A DNA stretch of 64,000 bases. Origin: the human T2T-CHM13v2.0 reference genome, Homo sapiens. Made by a program: the position numbers and the translations under genes. The DNA is taken from NCBI RefSeq assembly GCF_009914755.1, contig NC_060948.1; one strand, 5' to 3'. The notes beneath the pieces were generated by a model, which saw nothing but the letters and a program-made list of their open reading frames with translations, was not told the origin of the DNA and searched no databases. Positions 28,201 to 45,539 of this stretch are shown piece by piece. Within the stretch, counting starts at the first letter, position 1, and the number at the start of each line of letters is the position of its first letter.

Positions 28201-30705
28201 TGAAATTTTTGTTTGGAACTTGTTTTCTTTAATAGTGCTGAATATAGACCTCCAATCTCCTGTGGCTTGTAGGATTTTGTTGAAAGGTCCACTGTTAGCC
28301 TGATTGGGTTTCATTTGTAGGTGACTTGCCACTTTTCTCTATGTATCTTTAACATCTTTTCTTTCATGGTAACCTTAGAAAGTCTGATGACTATGTGTCT
28401 TAGGTGTGGTCATCTTGCATAGTGTCTTGCAAGGTTCTTCTGCGTTTCCTGAAGTTGAATGTTGGCCTCTTTAGCAAGTTTGGGCTGATTTTCAAGGATG
28501 ATATTCTCAAATTATTTTCAAGTTGCTTACTTTCCCTCACTCTCTTTCAAGGACACCAATGAATCAGATTTGGTCTCCTTATATAATCCCATATTTCTTA
28601 GAGTGTTTGTTTATCCTTCATTATTTTTTAAAATCTTTGTCTGATTGACTTATTTCAGAGAACCACTCTTTTCACTCTGAGATTCTTTACTAAGTTTGGT
28701 CAATTCTGCTGTTAATACTTGTGATTGTATCATGAAATTCTTGTAGTGAGTTTTTCACCTCTGTCCAGTTTGTTTCTTTTTAAAAATGACTATTTTATCT
28801 TTCATCACCTGTATCATTTTCATTTATTCTGAAGGTTCCATGCATTGGGATTTGAATTTCTGCTGAATCTCAATGATTTTTGTTCCTACCCATATTCTGA
28901 ACACTATTTCTGTAATTTCAGTCATTTTGGCCTTGTTAAGAACCATGGCTAAAGAAGTAGAGTAGTCATTTGCATGTTAGTAGACACTCTGACTTTTTGA
29001 GTTTCCAGAGTTCTTGTGCTGGTTGTTTCTCTTCTGTGTGGGCTGATGTTCCTTCAATCTTCGAAGTTGTTATCTTTTGGATGAGTTTCCTTTCCTTTTA
29101 TCTTCTTTGATGCCCTTGAGGGTTTGATTTTGGTATAAGGTGGACTCAGTTGACTGGCTTCATTTCTGGAAGATTTTAGGGGGGCAAGTCTCCGCTCAGC
29201 AATCCTGGGCTGTGTGCACTAACTCTGGGGGCCTGGTACCAGGCCATTGCCTTGGTTCTCTGGCCCTTCAAGGTTATGAACCTGCTTCACTAGAGAGACT
29301 GATGTGTTCTCAGTCTGCTAACCACAACATTCCAATGGGTGATGCCAGCCAAAGCACATTGTCAGGTAAGTGGCAGCAGGATTCATGCTTGCTTGTGAGT
29401 ACAGCAGCTGTGGCAGTATGACAAGATGCACACAAGTTGGCTGGGGTGGAGTACTGGTAAGAGCAGGACTGCTGCATTTCTGCATGGATTCATGCCAGTG
29501 CTGTCAGTGGCATAGAGGGGCAGGGTACTGGTAGGCATGGGGTTGCTGGTGTGTATGCTCACTGTCACACTGGTGGCAACAGTTGGGGCAGGGTGCTGGC
29601 TGATGTAAGGCTACCTCCATGCACACATTTGCAGCAACAGCAATGGTAACGTAGGGGAGTGGGGATGCTGGCCCACATCCATGTGTGTGTTTGTATCAGC
29701 AGCAGTGTCAGCACAAGAGGGAGCAGGGTTTCTGGCATCCATACATGCATTCACGCTTGCAATGGCAATGTGGCCCAATGTCTACATATCAGTGGTCGAG
29801 CACAAGGGATTTGCTCTTGCCACCAGCAGTGGCGTGACAGGGTGCATGCACACACACATGCTGGTGGGGAAAGGGAGCTGCAGTCTACCCATTCACCCAT
29901 GCCAGCAAAGCAATGAATGGTTGGCCATGGGCATGTGTGTGCCTACAAAGTGGCACAGGGGAGGCTGCAGTTGAGGGAGGATGCTGTTGGACTGGTGAAT
30001 GTCAGCAGAGGCTACTCTGTTGGAGCTCTCTGAAGGTCAGGCATAATCTGTCATTAAAGGAGCTATGATGAAGGCCGCAAGTTCACACCCAGTTTGAGCA
30101 TCTGAGGCTGCATGGCAACTGGGCATGGACAGGCTGGGGCCCTGGAGAGGCAAGCAGACATGACTGTGTTCAGATTGAATTTGCCTCATCTCATGGGCAA
30201 GACTTCCCTGCTGTGTCTGGGTCCAAAAGCCAGCCCAAGGCTAATGTCTCTTACGGGAACATGGTGAGACTTGGGGGATGCATCTCCCTGGCCATGATCA
30301 ACTGCATACGTTCCCATACCAAATGCTCTGGGCTCCACATAGGCTGAAATCTTGCCCCTAACATCCCTTTAAGCAGCTCTCTCACAGCTCAAGTGTCCAT
30401 CGGGGTTGTGGGGTCTCCTACTACCAAGATGCCAGAGGTCCGTGGTGAGAGTGGGCCACTTTTTTCCTGTTGTACTCACCCTTTCCCCAGAAATTTCTGG
30501 GGGCCAGGAACATTTCCCAGTGCTCAGTAGCCCTGTGCAGGATTCCCAGCTTCCTCCCGCTTCAACCCAGCATCTGTGTCCTCTCTCCATCCATTCTCAA
30601 TGCCTTCCCTCCGAAGGTCTACTCATGGTGTGCCAGTATTCCTGATGTCCCAATTTCTCAGTGACAGATGTTCCTTCTGGCTGTATCTAGTCAGCCATCT
30701 GGGAT
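25300..30705 (-). mobile_element. L1PA15/L1PREC2-like element, both ends present, internal ORF2 deletion
   Basis: 3'UTR at the left, 5' end CTAGTCAGCCATCT at ~30690; ORF1/EN remnants (28123-28332, 27712-27963); jump in homology at ~27208. Confidence 0.88.
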
Positions 30706-30740
30706 ATTCTTTAAAAAAAAAAAAAAAAAAAAAAAGACTA

Positions 30741-31053
30741 CATTCATCCTTCAGTATTCACTGGGGATTGGTTCCTGGGCCTCCTGTGTATTCCAAAATC
30801 TAGAGATGCTTAAGTACCTTATAGAAAATGGCATAGTATTTGCATATAACCTATGCACATCTTTATGAACACTTTAAATCATCTCTTGGTTACTTATAAT
30901 ACCTAACACAATGTAAATGCTATGTAAATTGTTGTTATACTGTATTTTAATTTTAATTTTATTGTTGTATTTTTTTTTTCTTTTTTAAATATTTTTCATC
31001 TTTAGTTGGTTGAATCTATGAGTGTGGAACCCAAGGTTATGGAGGACTGGCTG
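30741..31053. mobile_element. MER2 (TcMar-Tigger) element
   Basis: GGGGATTGGTTCC...GTATTTGCATATAACCTATGCACATC...GTTGGTTGAATC...GGCTG. Confidence 0.85.
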
Positions 31054-31779
31054 TGGATACCTGAAGAGGTAAAGATAGTATTTGCCAGAAAATTCAGTTG
31101 AAACATTTGTTCAATGTTTACAATAAATATCTACAGGTATCATCCTGGGGACTTTTTAAATAAAAATTGAATAAAAATTCTCCAAGTATAGCTCAAAAGA
31201 AGGCTTACTATATTCATGGTTTAGTAATTAATCAGGATATTCATATCCTAAATTCCCATGTCAAGTTAATCTTCACACTTTTTTTTTAATAATCAAAAGT
31301 ATAAAGATTATATTTTTCTCCCAAAAAAAGGCCTTTAAAGGAAATGACCTGGTTTATATATTACTCAGGACATTTGAGGTATTTCTTTTCTTCTTTTGAG
31401 AAATCAGGAGCAGATTTCAATGTTGGCAGAAATACATAAGCCCAATGGCTTAATGCCTCATTTACTTCCAATATCAAATATGTCCTAGTATGAAAAGCAA
31501 AGAAGTTAGAAGATTTTACTATATTAAAAGGAACAAATTATTTATTTTTCCCAAGGCAGACTCAGCCAAAATGTAATAGACTAAGAACATCAATCAAGTA
31601 TCTTAATATAGATTCAACCAAAGGCCAAGAAAGGTTAAAAAGGGGTGGGGGGGTGTAATATGTATAATACTCTATATCTAAGGAGTCCTAAAACCTTTAA
31701 TAGAAGTTGAGTTTTAGAAACAATTTATCAGATAAATGTTCAACCAGAAGTTACTACTGATTTAGTATTAACTCTACTA

Positions 31780-31900
31780 AAAAATATTCATCATTTTATG
31801 TGCCAAGTACTCTACTAACGGCTTTGCATTTATTAACTCATTTAATCCTTATACAAACCCTATGTAGTAATTACTGTTATCCTCGGTTTACAGATGAGAA
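31780..31900 (-). mobile_element. MIR fragment
   Basis: ATTAACTCATTTAATCCTTATACAAACCCTATG...TTACAGATGAG. Confidence 0.7.
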
Positions 31901-33057
31901 TGATACTAAAAGCAGTCTGCTTATTGCCATAATGCATGATAGATGAAAGAATGCCTATTTAGGAATTCTGAAATATAATACTTACTAATTGTTACCATTC
32001 TCCAGGTCATTCATGTTCCCAAATGAGAAAATTTAAATAAAAAATATTCAAATCCTCATACTCAATGAACCCACTCTTTACCTTTACTTGGACCTCAAAT
32101 TGCTCAAAAACATCCACTTCATTCTTTACATTAGCACATATGAATTCTACAAATTAAATACTGTAGTTACCAATTTTAGTGCTGACTAGTACTTAAGATG
32201 CTTTTTTTTTTAACAACAGTTTCCTGTTGTGCTTATAACATTTGTCCCAATTTTCGTTTTTATTCCCACTGCTACCACTCTGGGCAAGGTCTTTAATTGA
32301 ATGGCCTCAAAAATGATCTTCCTGCATCTAGTCTCTTGCGTGTTACAATTTCTTCATTCAACAAATACTATTTGATATAAATTGACCCCTTACTATTACG
32401 CATGGCACATAGTAAGGTGTCAATTTATATTTGTTTAATGAAGTGTTAAACCAAAGAGACAATGATTCTTGATCTTATAGCCCTTATACCCTACCATGTC
32501 TCTAAACAAAAACGTAAAATGTCTCCCATTGTTTTTGAGACAATTTCAAACTCTACAAATTTGCATTTAAGATACTTCACAAACTATTTTTACATATATC
32601 TATTTCAATACTATCCAACACAAACTCTCTAATATAACCAGGAAATATCCTCATTATCCTTCAATATGAAATATCCATTCCCAAATCTGCACCATTTATT
32701 AGAATGTTTCCTCCACGTGAATTTTCTTCACTGTCTTCTTCATGATTACAAAGACCTATTCATCACCCTTTCAGTAAGAGATTATATCTCTGCCCTGTCA
32801 AAAAAAGTTTCCAATTTTCTCCAGCTAATATCTTTCTTCTCTGAACTGCTCTGAACTTAGAATTTACATTAGTGTTTACAAATTTTGGCAACAAAGAGTA
32901 TCAAGGAACACTGAGAGCACATCATAGCATATTTAAGATCAAATTATGACTGCAACCCTTCCATTTAAGGGAAGACCCCCAAAAGATTGCATAGCATAGA
33001 AATAGATGCAAGGTACCAGTAAGATTCAATTTCTTAGGTTTTAAGATGTGTTCATTA

Positions 33058-34067
33058 GGAGGGCTGGCAAGATGGCCAAATAGGAACAGCTCTGGTCTGC
33101 AGCTCCCAGCGAGATCAACCCAGAAGGACGGTGATTTCTGCATTTCCAACTGAGGTACCTATCTCGTCTCATTGGGACTGGTTAGAAAGTGGGTGCAGCC
33201 CACGGAGAAAGAGCTGAAGCAGGGTGTGCTGTCGCCTAACCCGTGAAGTGCAATGGGTCAGAGAACTCCCTCCCCTAGCCAAGGGAAGCCATGAGGGACT
33301 GTGCCATGAGGAACTGTGCATTCCAGCCCAGATATTACAATGAGATACAGTCTCATTCCAGTTAGAATGGTGATCATGAAAAAGTAAGGAAACAACAGAT
33401 GCTGGAGAGGATGTGGAGAAATAGGAATGCTTTTACACTGTTGGGGGGAGTGTAAATTAGTTCAACCATTGTGGAAGACAGTGTGACGATTCCTCAAGGA
33501 ACTAGAACCAGAAATACCATTTGACCCAGCCATCCCATTACTGGATATATACCCAAAGGATTATAAATCATGCTGCTATAAAGACACATGCACACATATG
33601 TTTATTGTGGCACTATTCACAATAGCAAAGACTTGGAATGAACCCAAATGTCCATCAACGATAGACTAGAAAAAGAAAATGTGGCATATATACACCATGG
33701 AATGCTATGCGGCCAATAAAAACGGATGAGTTCATGTTTTTTGCAGAGACATGTCTGAAGCTGGAAACCATCACCCTTAGCAAACTAACACAGGAACAGA
33801 AAGCCACACACTGCATGTTCTCACTCATAAGTGGGAGTTGAACAATAAGAACACATGGACACAGGGAGGGAAAAATCACACACAAGGGCCTGTCAGGGGG
33901 TGGGGGGCAAGGAGAGGGAGAGCATTAGGACAAATACCTAATGCATGTGGGGCTTAAAACCTAGATGACAGGTTGATAGGTGCAGCAAACCACCATGGCA
34001 CATGTATACCTATGTAACAAACTTGCACGTTCTGCACATGTATCCTAGAACTTAAAGTTTTAAAAAA
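33058..34067 (+). mobile_element. L1PA8-like: first ~280 bp of 5'UTR fused to last ~730 bp
   Basis: CAAGATGGCCAAATAGGAACAGCTC 5' end; junction at ~33337; PA8-type 3'UTR AATGCATGTGGGGCTTAAAACCTAGATGAC. Confidence 0.9.
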
Positions 34068-35228
34068 TAGACAAATAGCACTATATTAAACTAAAAAGCT
34101 TCTGCACAGTAAATGAAACAATCAAAGAATAAAGAGATAACCTTTGAATGGGACAAAATATTTGCAAACTACTCATACAATAAGGGAATAAAATCTGGAA
34201 TATACCAGGAAATCAAACAACTCAACAATAAAGAAATAATAATCCTTTTTAAGTGGGCAAACCAAATAACTAGGCAATTCTCAAAAGAAGACATACAAAT
34301 GGCCAATAGGCATGTGAAAAATGCTCATTGTCACTAATCAGAGAAATGCAAACCAAAACCACAATGAGATATCGTGTTACCTTCGTTAGAATGGCTTCTA
34401 TTAAAATGACAAAAAGTAACACATATTGGCATGGATATGGAGAAAAGGGAACTCTATACGCTGCTGTATGGAATGTAAATTAATGCAGCCACTATGAAAA
34501 GAGTATGGACATTTCTCAAAAAACTGAAAATAGAACTACTACATGATATACCAATCCCACTATTGGGTATTTATCCCAAGGAAAGTATATCAATGTATCA
34601 AATGAATACCTGCATACACATGTTTATTGCAACACTATTCTCAATTGCAAAGATATGGAATAAACTTAAGTTTCCATCAATGGATTCATTGAGAAAGAAA
34701 ATGTGGTACATACATCATAGAATAATTTTTAGCCATAAAAAGAGTGAAACTGTGTGATTTTCAGAAATGGATGGAACTGGAGGTCATTATGTTAAATTAA
34801 ATAACACAGACACAGAAAGACAAATATTGCATGATCTCACACATGTGTGGGATCTAAGGAACTTGATCTCATGGAGATAGAGAATAGAATGATAGATACC
34901 AGAGTCAGGAAAAAGTATCAGGGTGTGAGGGGAAAAGGAAGAGTGGTTAGTGAATGGGTACAAATTTACAGTTAGGTAGAAAAAGTACATTTTAATGTTT
35001 GATAGCAGACTAGGGTGACTACACTTAGCAACGATATATTTTATATTTCAAAATAGCAAGAAAAGAGGACTAGAAATGTTACCAACACATGGAAATTATG
35101 AATACTCAAGGTGATGGACACTCCAAATACCTTGACTTCATCATTACCCATTCTATGCATGTAAAAAATACTAATATGTGCCCCATGAATATGTAAAATA
35201 TTATACATCAATAAAATAATAACTACAA
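34062..35228 (+). mobile_element. L1MA (MA4A-like) 3' fragment
   Basis: ORF2 C-terminal remnants (34113-34337, 34494-34757) and MA-type 3'UTR (ATACTCAAGGTGATGG...ACATCAATAAAA). Confidence 0.8.
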
Positions 35229-35244
35229 AATGTAATATGAGTTA

Positions 35245-37600
35245 CTTTTTTTGTAGATATATAAAATGTTATTCTAAAATTCATATGAAATATCAAAGGA
35301 CCCCTGTAGCCAAAACAACTTGGAAAAAACCAAGTTTAGTGGCTTCATGCACTTCCTGATTTCAAAACTTACTACAAACCCATGGTAATCATAACAGTGT
35401 GGTAATGGTATAAAGACAGATACATAGGCCAGTAGAATAGAATAAAGAGCCCAGAAACAAACCCTCACATAAATGTCAGGAAACACACAACCTCGATTTT
35501 ATTACACATTTTTCATTCATTACACACATATTAATATTTATACATTACCTCACATTATCACAATGATTTTCTACAAGGATATCATGACCATTTAATGGGG
35601 AAAGGACAATTTCTTTGACAAATGGTTTTGGGAAAACTGGATATCCACAGAACACATGCAAAAAGAAATTGGGCCCTTACCTTACACCATGTACAAAAAT
35701 TAACTCCAAATTGATCAGAGACCTAAACATAAAAGTTAAAACTAGAAAACTCTTAGAAAAAAAGAAGAAAACTTTAATGACCTTGAGTCTGGCAATGATT
35801 TCTTGTATAAAATACCAAAGGACAGGGAACAACGGAAAAAACTAGTTAAGTTGGACTCCATCAAAATTAAAAACTTTTTATATATTAAAGAATGCTGGTA
35901 AAAATGTGAAAAGGCAGTCTGTGGGATGGAAAAAATACTTGCAAATTTAATATATGATAAGAGATTGATATCTACAATACATAAAGAATTTCTGTAACTG
36001 GACAACAACAAAAAACAATCAACCCAATTAAGAATTGGACAAAGGACTCAAACATATCTCCAACATATATATATTCAAATGATTAATAAGCGCATGAAAA
36101 GATTCTTACTGTCCCTAGTCACTAGGGAAAAGCAAATCAAAACAAAATGAGATATCACTTCACTCTGTTAAGATGCCTACTGAAGAGCAAGGTGCCTGGT
36201 TAAAAACCTATGTGTAATTTTTCAGGCCAGACTGTAGACAACAACCTGACAGGCATCACAGGGGAAAATTGCCCTCTCTACACCAGATTTAAGGCAGAGC
36301 CATTTTATTACAGTCTCTAGAGAGAGTTGCAATCAAGTTCTCAGCCTCTCTTGTCTAGTCATGCTCATCACATATGTACACTCCTAGCCCTGGTGCCTTC
36401 ATTCTTCAATCTCTTTGTCTGAGACCTTTTGCAAAGGTTCTCTTCAAGCCCTTCTGCCAAGGCCTCCTAATGGGAGTAAGGAGGAGAAAAATTTGAAAGC
36501 ACTTTTCCACTCTGACTCAGTACCCAGTTCTTTTCCACTTCTAGCTTTCCCTTTAAGCCCAGAGACATAAAACTGCTAGAGCCTTTCATTTGGGAGCTTT
36601 CTCAACAGTAAGATACATCCCACTTTTGTACTGATTCAAGTGACCCTTCATGAGTGCACCAGGGGAAATGGAACACAGTGTGTTTGCACTGTTTCTGGTT
36701 TTAGCTTCTTGCTTATACCATTGCAGTAAGCCATTAAAGGATTCACTCTTTCATTTTTGGCTTGCTGCTTTAATCAGATATTCCCCCATCTAACAGCTCA
36801 GCATGCACTCTCTCTCTCTCTCTCTCCTCTTTCTCCCTCTAGTTCAGCTGAATTCCTGACACCTGTTATCTAAGAAAAGAAAACAAAGAAAAAAGAAACA
36901 GAAAATAACGAGTGTTAGTGAAGCTGTGGTGAAATTGGAACACTCATGCATTGCTGGTGGTAGTGTAACATGGTACAAGTGCTATGGAAAATGGTATGGC
37001 AATTCCATATACAATTATTACCATATGATCCAGCAATCCCAATTCTGGGTATATACCCAGTATAAGTGAAAGCAGGGACTCAAATAGATATGTATACACC
37101 ATTTTCATAGCAGCATTATTCACCATAGTCAAAAGATAGAAAAAATCCAGTGTCAATCAACAGATTAATGGATAAATAAATGTGGTAGGTACATACAATG
37201 GACTATTATCTAACCACAAAATCAAATAAAATTCTGACACATCTGATGATATGGAGAAACCATAGAGACATTATGCTAAGTGGAGACATTAAGCCAGTCA
37301 CCAAAGTAAAAATATTGTATGGTTCCTGTAACATGAGCTTTCCAGAGTAGACAAATTCATAGAGATAGAAAGTAGAATAATGGCTACTAGGGGCTGGTGG
37401 TCAGGAGAATGGAGAATTATTGTTTAATAGGCACAGACATTTGGTTTCTGGTGATAAAAAATCCTGGAGAAAAATAGTGTGATGATTACACAAGAAGGTG
37501 AATATACTTAATGCCATTGACCCATACACTTAAAAATAATTAAAATAGTGATTTTTATGCTACGTATATCTTACCACAATAGAAAATAATAATAAAAAAA
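35245..37600 (+). mobile_element. L1MB-type 3' fragment interrupted by an LTR
   Basis: Degenerate ORF2 end (LGPYLTPCTKINSK) and MB-type 3'UTR (TACTTAATGCCATTGA...TTACCACAAT). Confidence 0.78.
36181..36861 (+). mobile_element. Solo LTR, probably ERVL group (MER74/LTR53-like)
   Basis: TG...CA termini, ~680 bp, ATTAAA signal, imperfect 5-bp TSD CCTAC/CCTGT, cleanly interrupts L1MB; family assignment tentative. Confidence 0.65.
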
Positions 37601-38065
37601 AACTTGGGAATACTTGGAGGTGAAAGATTAATAATGAAGAAAATAAAATAATAATGAAATAAATAAAATGATGAAGAAAGTAAGGATATACATGAAGACA
37701 AAAGACTGACAGCAAAGAAAATATCAAAGAAAATAAAAAACATTGCTGAAAGAAATTAAAAGCAATGTAAATAATTGGAATGCTAGCCATTGTTAATAGA
37801 TTCAAAAACTTACTATTGTTAACATATCAATACTCCCCAAAGCTATGCTTGGTTTCAATGTAATTCTTATAAAAATCTAAATGATAGTTTCTTCAGAAAT
37901 AGACAAACTCTTCCTAACACTCATATGGAGTCACAGGGAAACCCAAATAGCCAAAACAATCTTGAAACGTAAACATGGAAGTGACAGATTTATAAACTAA
38001 AAACAACAAAATATTGGTGAAAGAAAGAAGACCCAAGTAAATGAAAAGATATCCCATGTCTTTGT
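37600..38065 (+). mobile_element. Old L1M ORF2 fragments
   Basis: ATACTCCCCAAAGC...AAATAGCCAAAACAATCTTGAAA resembles L1 ORF2. Confidence 0.6.
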
Positions 38066-38129
38066 ATATTTTGCCACAAAAAAATAATATTCAATATAAT
38101 GAAATACTGAAACTTACAGAATAAATTAT

Positions 38130-38550
38130 GTTAATTATGATATGCTAATATGTGCTATGATTAAACACCAAAATATCATTTGTTTAAAGTCAGTAAAGTC
38201 TGTTTCTCCCTCATTACTACATGTTCTACAAGTCCATTGTTTAGATTGGAGAGAGGTGCTCTGCTTCACATAGTCCTCACTTAGGGACACAGTTTGACAC
38301 AGATTCTACTATCTGGACTGTTGCCACTTGCTTTGGGTGGTGGGAAATGGTATAAGGGAGAACAAGATACGTTTTTAAGAGCTTTACCTGGAAGTGACAC
38401 TCATTACTTTCACTCATATTTTATTGCCTGCTCAAGGTAATTCTCACAGCTACACCTATTTTCAAAGGGGAAGGGAGGTACAATTTTCGTTTGTATCCAG
38501 CAAGAGAGAAGAATGAGAAATACTGGTGAGCAGTGCTAACATCTTTCACC
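38130..38550 (-). mobile_element. Old MLT1 (K/L-like) LTR
   Basis: CCTGGAAGTGACACTCATTACTTTCACTCATATTTTATTG motif. Confidence 0.55.
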
Positions 38551-38581
38551 GTAGTTATTTATCAGTATTATTATAATCACA

Positions 38582-38977
38582 TGTCTTAATCCATTCATGC
38601 TGTTAAACTAGGATACCTGAGACTAGGTAATTCATAAAGAACAGAAATTTATTTTTCATTGCTCTGAAGCTTAGAAAGTTGGAGATCACGGCGCTGGCAA
38701 GTTTGGTCTTCTGTTGATAGCTGCTTTCTGTTCTCTGCTCCCAAGATGGTCCTTATTGTTGCATCCTCTGGATCGGGGAGAACACTGTGTCCTCACATGG
38801 CTGAAGGCAGAGGGGCAAGCACACCTAATGCTGCGTGAAGCCTCTTTTATAAGGGCCTTAATCTCTTTGGCCAGGTAAGTGCCCCCATGACCTAATCACT
38901 TTTTAAAGTCCCCATCTCTTAAAACTATTATATTGACAGAACCTGAATTTTGAAAGGGACACCTTCAAGCCATAGCA
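38582..38977 (-). mobile_element. MST (MSTC-like) solo LTR
   Basis: TGTCTTAATCCATTC...GCCATAGCA termini; TSD TCACA/CCACA. Confidence 0.82.
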
Positions 38978-39617
38978 CCACATTTACTCCACGTAAGCAT
39001 TTCATACACATAATCTCTCTTGAACCTCAGAATAAGTAATATTATTTTCACTGTACATATGAAGGTACTGTAGCTAATAAAGGTTAAACTGTTCAAAATT
39101 ATCACAGGAATAATAATAATGGAGCTTATCAATAATACTGTCAGTACCCATAGGGGAGATATTAAGAAACTCAGAGACAGGTCAGTATTTTTCACATCAT
39201 ACCACATAGGTAGCCATTCATTCATAAGGATGGGCCATATCATGAGTGAATATGGTCCAAATCATGAGTGAATAAAATGGGCTGGTAGGATGAGGTAGAC
39301 TAATGCTAGAAACATGGAAAATGTTCCTAAAGTGCAAATAGAGAAAAAAGGATGCTCTCTACTAATTATATACAATTTTCCACATGTTAATTTTAAGAAA
39401 ATACCACTACTGACTGAAAATTGGCTTGAAAAGGCTGACAGAACCAGGAATGCAGTTAGAAGGAGGACTGTTAAGGGTGATATTTCTCAGGTTAACAATG
39501 TCAGAATCCTCAAAACATATATGAGGGACGTAGAAACAAGAATTGACATTTTTATTGGAATATTCAAATATGGGTTTTAAAAATTATGTTAATTATGTTT
39601 CAGTGTTCTCCACTCAC

Positions 39618-39659
39618 AATCCTAATAGTAATCCTAATAATAATCCTAATAATAATCCT
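39618..39659. repeat. 12-bp tandem repeat (AATCCTAATAAT) x3.5
   Basis: Read directly from the sequence. Confidence 0.85.
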
Positions 39660-40635
39660 TTATTTCCACATCTAATATTCAACCTTACATCTATTTTGTA
39701 TGTGTATCAGTTTTATTTTATTAAAACTTTCTAGCCCTAAAATTGAACTTCATTTCCTAAAGTATTTCCTAAATGGAAAAAATGATCTATTTTTTCTAAT
39801 TCTAAAAAAAGTAAAACACCTAAGAAATGAATGCAAGTATCATAGGAGATATTGCTGTATCAACAAAACAGTAGTGGACACATTGTCATAAAGTCAGAGG
39901 CTTTTGTTACTCAAAATGATATTACACATGTAAACACCCATGTTCTTCTGACAAACTGCTAACAAAAAAGAAAAATAACCTTTCGTCAAATTCCCCATTA
40001 TGGGTAGATTAGCAGAAAACCATGTGTCTGAGTGACAGGCATTCATCCAAGAGCAATGCTATGACTGTTTTTATTTTGTTTATGTAACATTTTTACTCAA
40101 AATGTTTAATATTTTATATTACACTTTAGGAAAAATTAAAACATACTTTATTTGCTAAAGAAATGAATCATTCTAAATGGATATGTACAAACCAGAATAT
40201 TGCAGCTTTAAATTTTATCACTTTTTGTTTCTTAATATGTTTCTATGTTTCTATACCTTCTCCATATCAATAGAAAGTCCTAGTTTATATTCAGTCCTTT
40301 ATTCGTAGGTAAATTTGCTACACAAAGGCAAGAGTATGAAAAGAAAGTGTTGTCAGAGAGTGTGATAAGATGTAGGAAGTGTCAACACAAAGAGTCAAAC
40401 TCTAAAATATATATATATTTTTTTTTTTTTATTATACTCTAAGTTTTAGGGTACATGTGCACATTGTGCAGGTTAGTTACATATGTATACATGTGCCATG
40501 CTGGTGCGCTGCACCCACTAATGTGTCATCTAGCATTAGGTATATCTCCCAATGCTATCCCTCCCCCCTCCCCCGACCCCACCACAGTCCCCAGAGTGTG
40601 ATATTCCCCTTCCTGTGTCCATGTGATCTCATTGT

Positions 40636-44459
<3,824 letters not shown>

Positions 44460-44522
44460 TATGATGTTAGCTGGTGATTTTCCTCATTAGTTGATGCAGT
44501 TTCTTCCTAGTCTCGATGGTCT

Positions 44523-45539
44523 TTACATTTTGGCATGATTTTGCAGCAGCTGGTACCGGTTGTTCCTTTCCATGTTTAGCGCTTCCTTCAGGAGCTCTTT
44601 TAGGGCAGGCCTGGTGGTGACAAAATCTCTCAGCATTTGCTTGTCTATAAAGTATTTTATTTCTCCTTCACTTATGAAGCTTAGTTTGGCTGGATATGAA
44701 ATTCTGGGTTGAAAATTCTTTTCTTTAAGAATGTTGAATATTGGCCCCCACTCTCTTCTGGCTTGTAGGGTTTCTGCCGAGAGATCCACTGTTAGTCTGA
44801 TGGGCTTTCCTTTGAGGGTAACCCGACCTTTCTCTCTGGCTGCCCTTAACATTTTTTCCTTCATTTCAACTTTGGTGAATCTGACAATTATGTGTCTTGG
44901 AGTTGCTCTTCTCGAGGAGTATCTTTGTGGCGTTCTCTGTATTTCCTGAATCTGAACATTGGCCTGCCTTGCTAGATTGGGGAAGTTCTCCTGGATAATA
45001 TCCTGCAGAGTGTTTTCCAACTTGGTTCCATTCTCCACATCACTTTCAGGTACACCAATCAGACGTAGATTTGGTCTTTTCACATAGTCCCATATTTCTT
45101 GGAGGCTTTGCTCATTTCTTTTTATTCTTTTTTCTCTAAACTTCCCTTCTCGCTTCATTTCATTCATTTCATCTTCCATTGCTGATACCCTTTCTTCCAG
45201 TTGATCGCATCGGCTCCTGAGGCTTCTGCATTCTTCACGTAGTTCTCGAGCCTTGGTTTTCAGCTCCATCAGCTCCTTTAAGCACTTCTCTGTATTGGTT
45301 ATTCTAGTTATACATTCTTCTAAATTTTTTTCAAAGTTTTCAACTTCTTTGCCTTTGGTTTGAATGTCCTCCCGTAGCTCAGAGTAATTTGATCGTCTGA
45401 AGCCTGCTTCTCTCAGCTCGTCAAAATCATTCTCCATCCAGCTTTGTTCTGTTGCTGGTGAGGAACTGCGTTCCTTTGGAGGAGGAGAGGCGCTCTGCGT
45501 TTTAGAGTTTCCAGTTTTTCTGTTCTGTTTTTTCCCCAT
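44523..45539 (-). CDS. L1 ORF1p, intact 338 aa RNA-binding chaperone
   Basis: MGKKQNRKTGNSK...NHAKM with REKG, ARR and YPAKLS motifs. Confidence 0.97.
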   Translation of the reverse strand: MGKKQNRKTGNSKTQSASPPPKERSSSPATEQSWMENDFDELREAGFRRSNYSELREDIQTKGKEVENFEKNLEECITRITNTEKCLKELMELKTKARELREECRSLRSRCDQLEERVSAMEDEMNEMKREGKFREKRIKRNEQSLQEIWDYVKRPNLRLIGVPESDVENGTKLENTLQDIIQENFPNLARQANVQIQEIQRTPQRYSSRRATPRHIIVRFTKVEMKEKMLRAAREKGRVTLKGKPIRLTVDLSAETLQARREWGPIFNILKEKNFQPRISYPAKLSFISEGEIKYFIDKQMLRDFVTTRPALKELLKEALNMERNNRYQLLQNHAKM

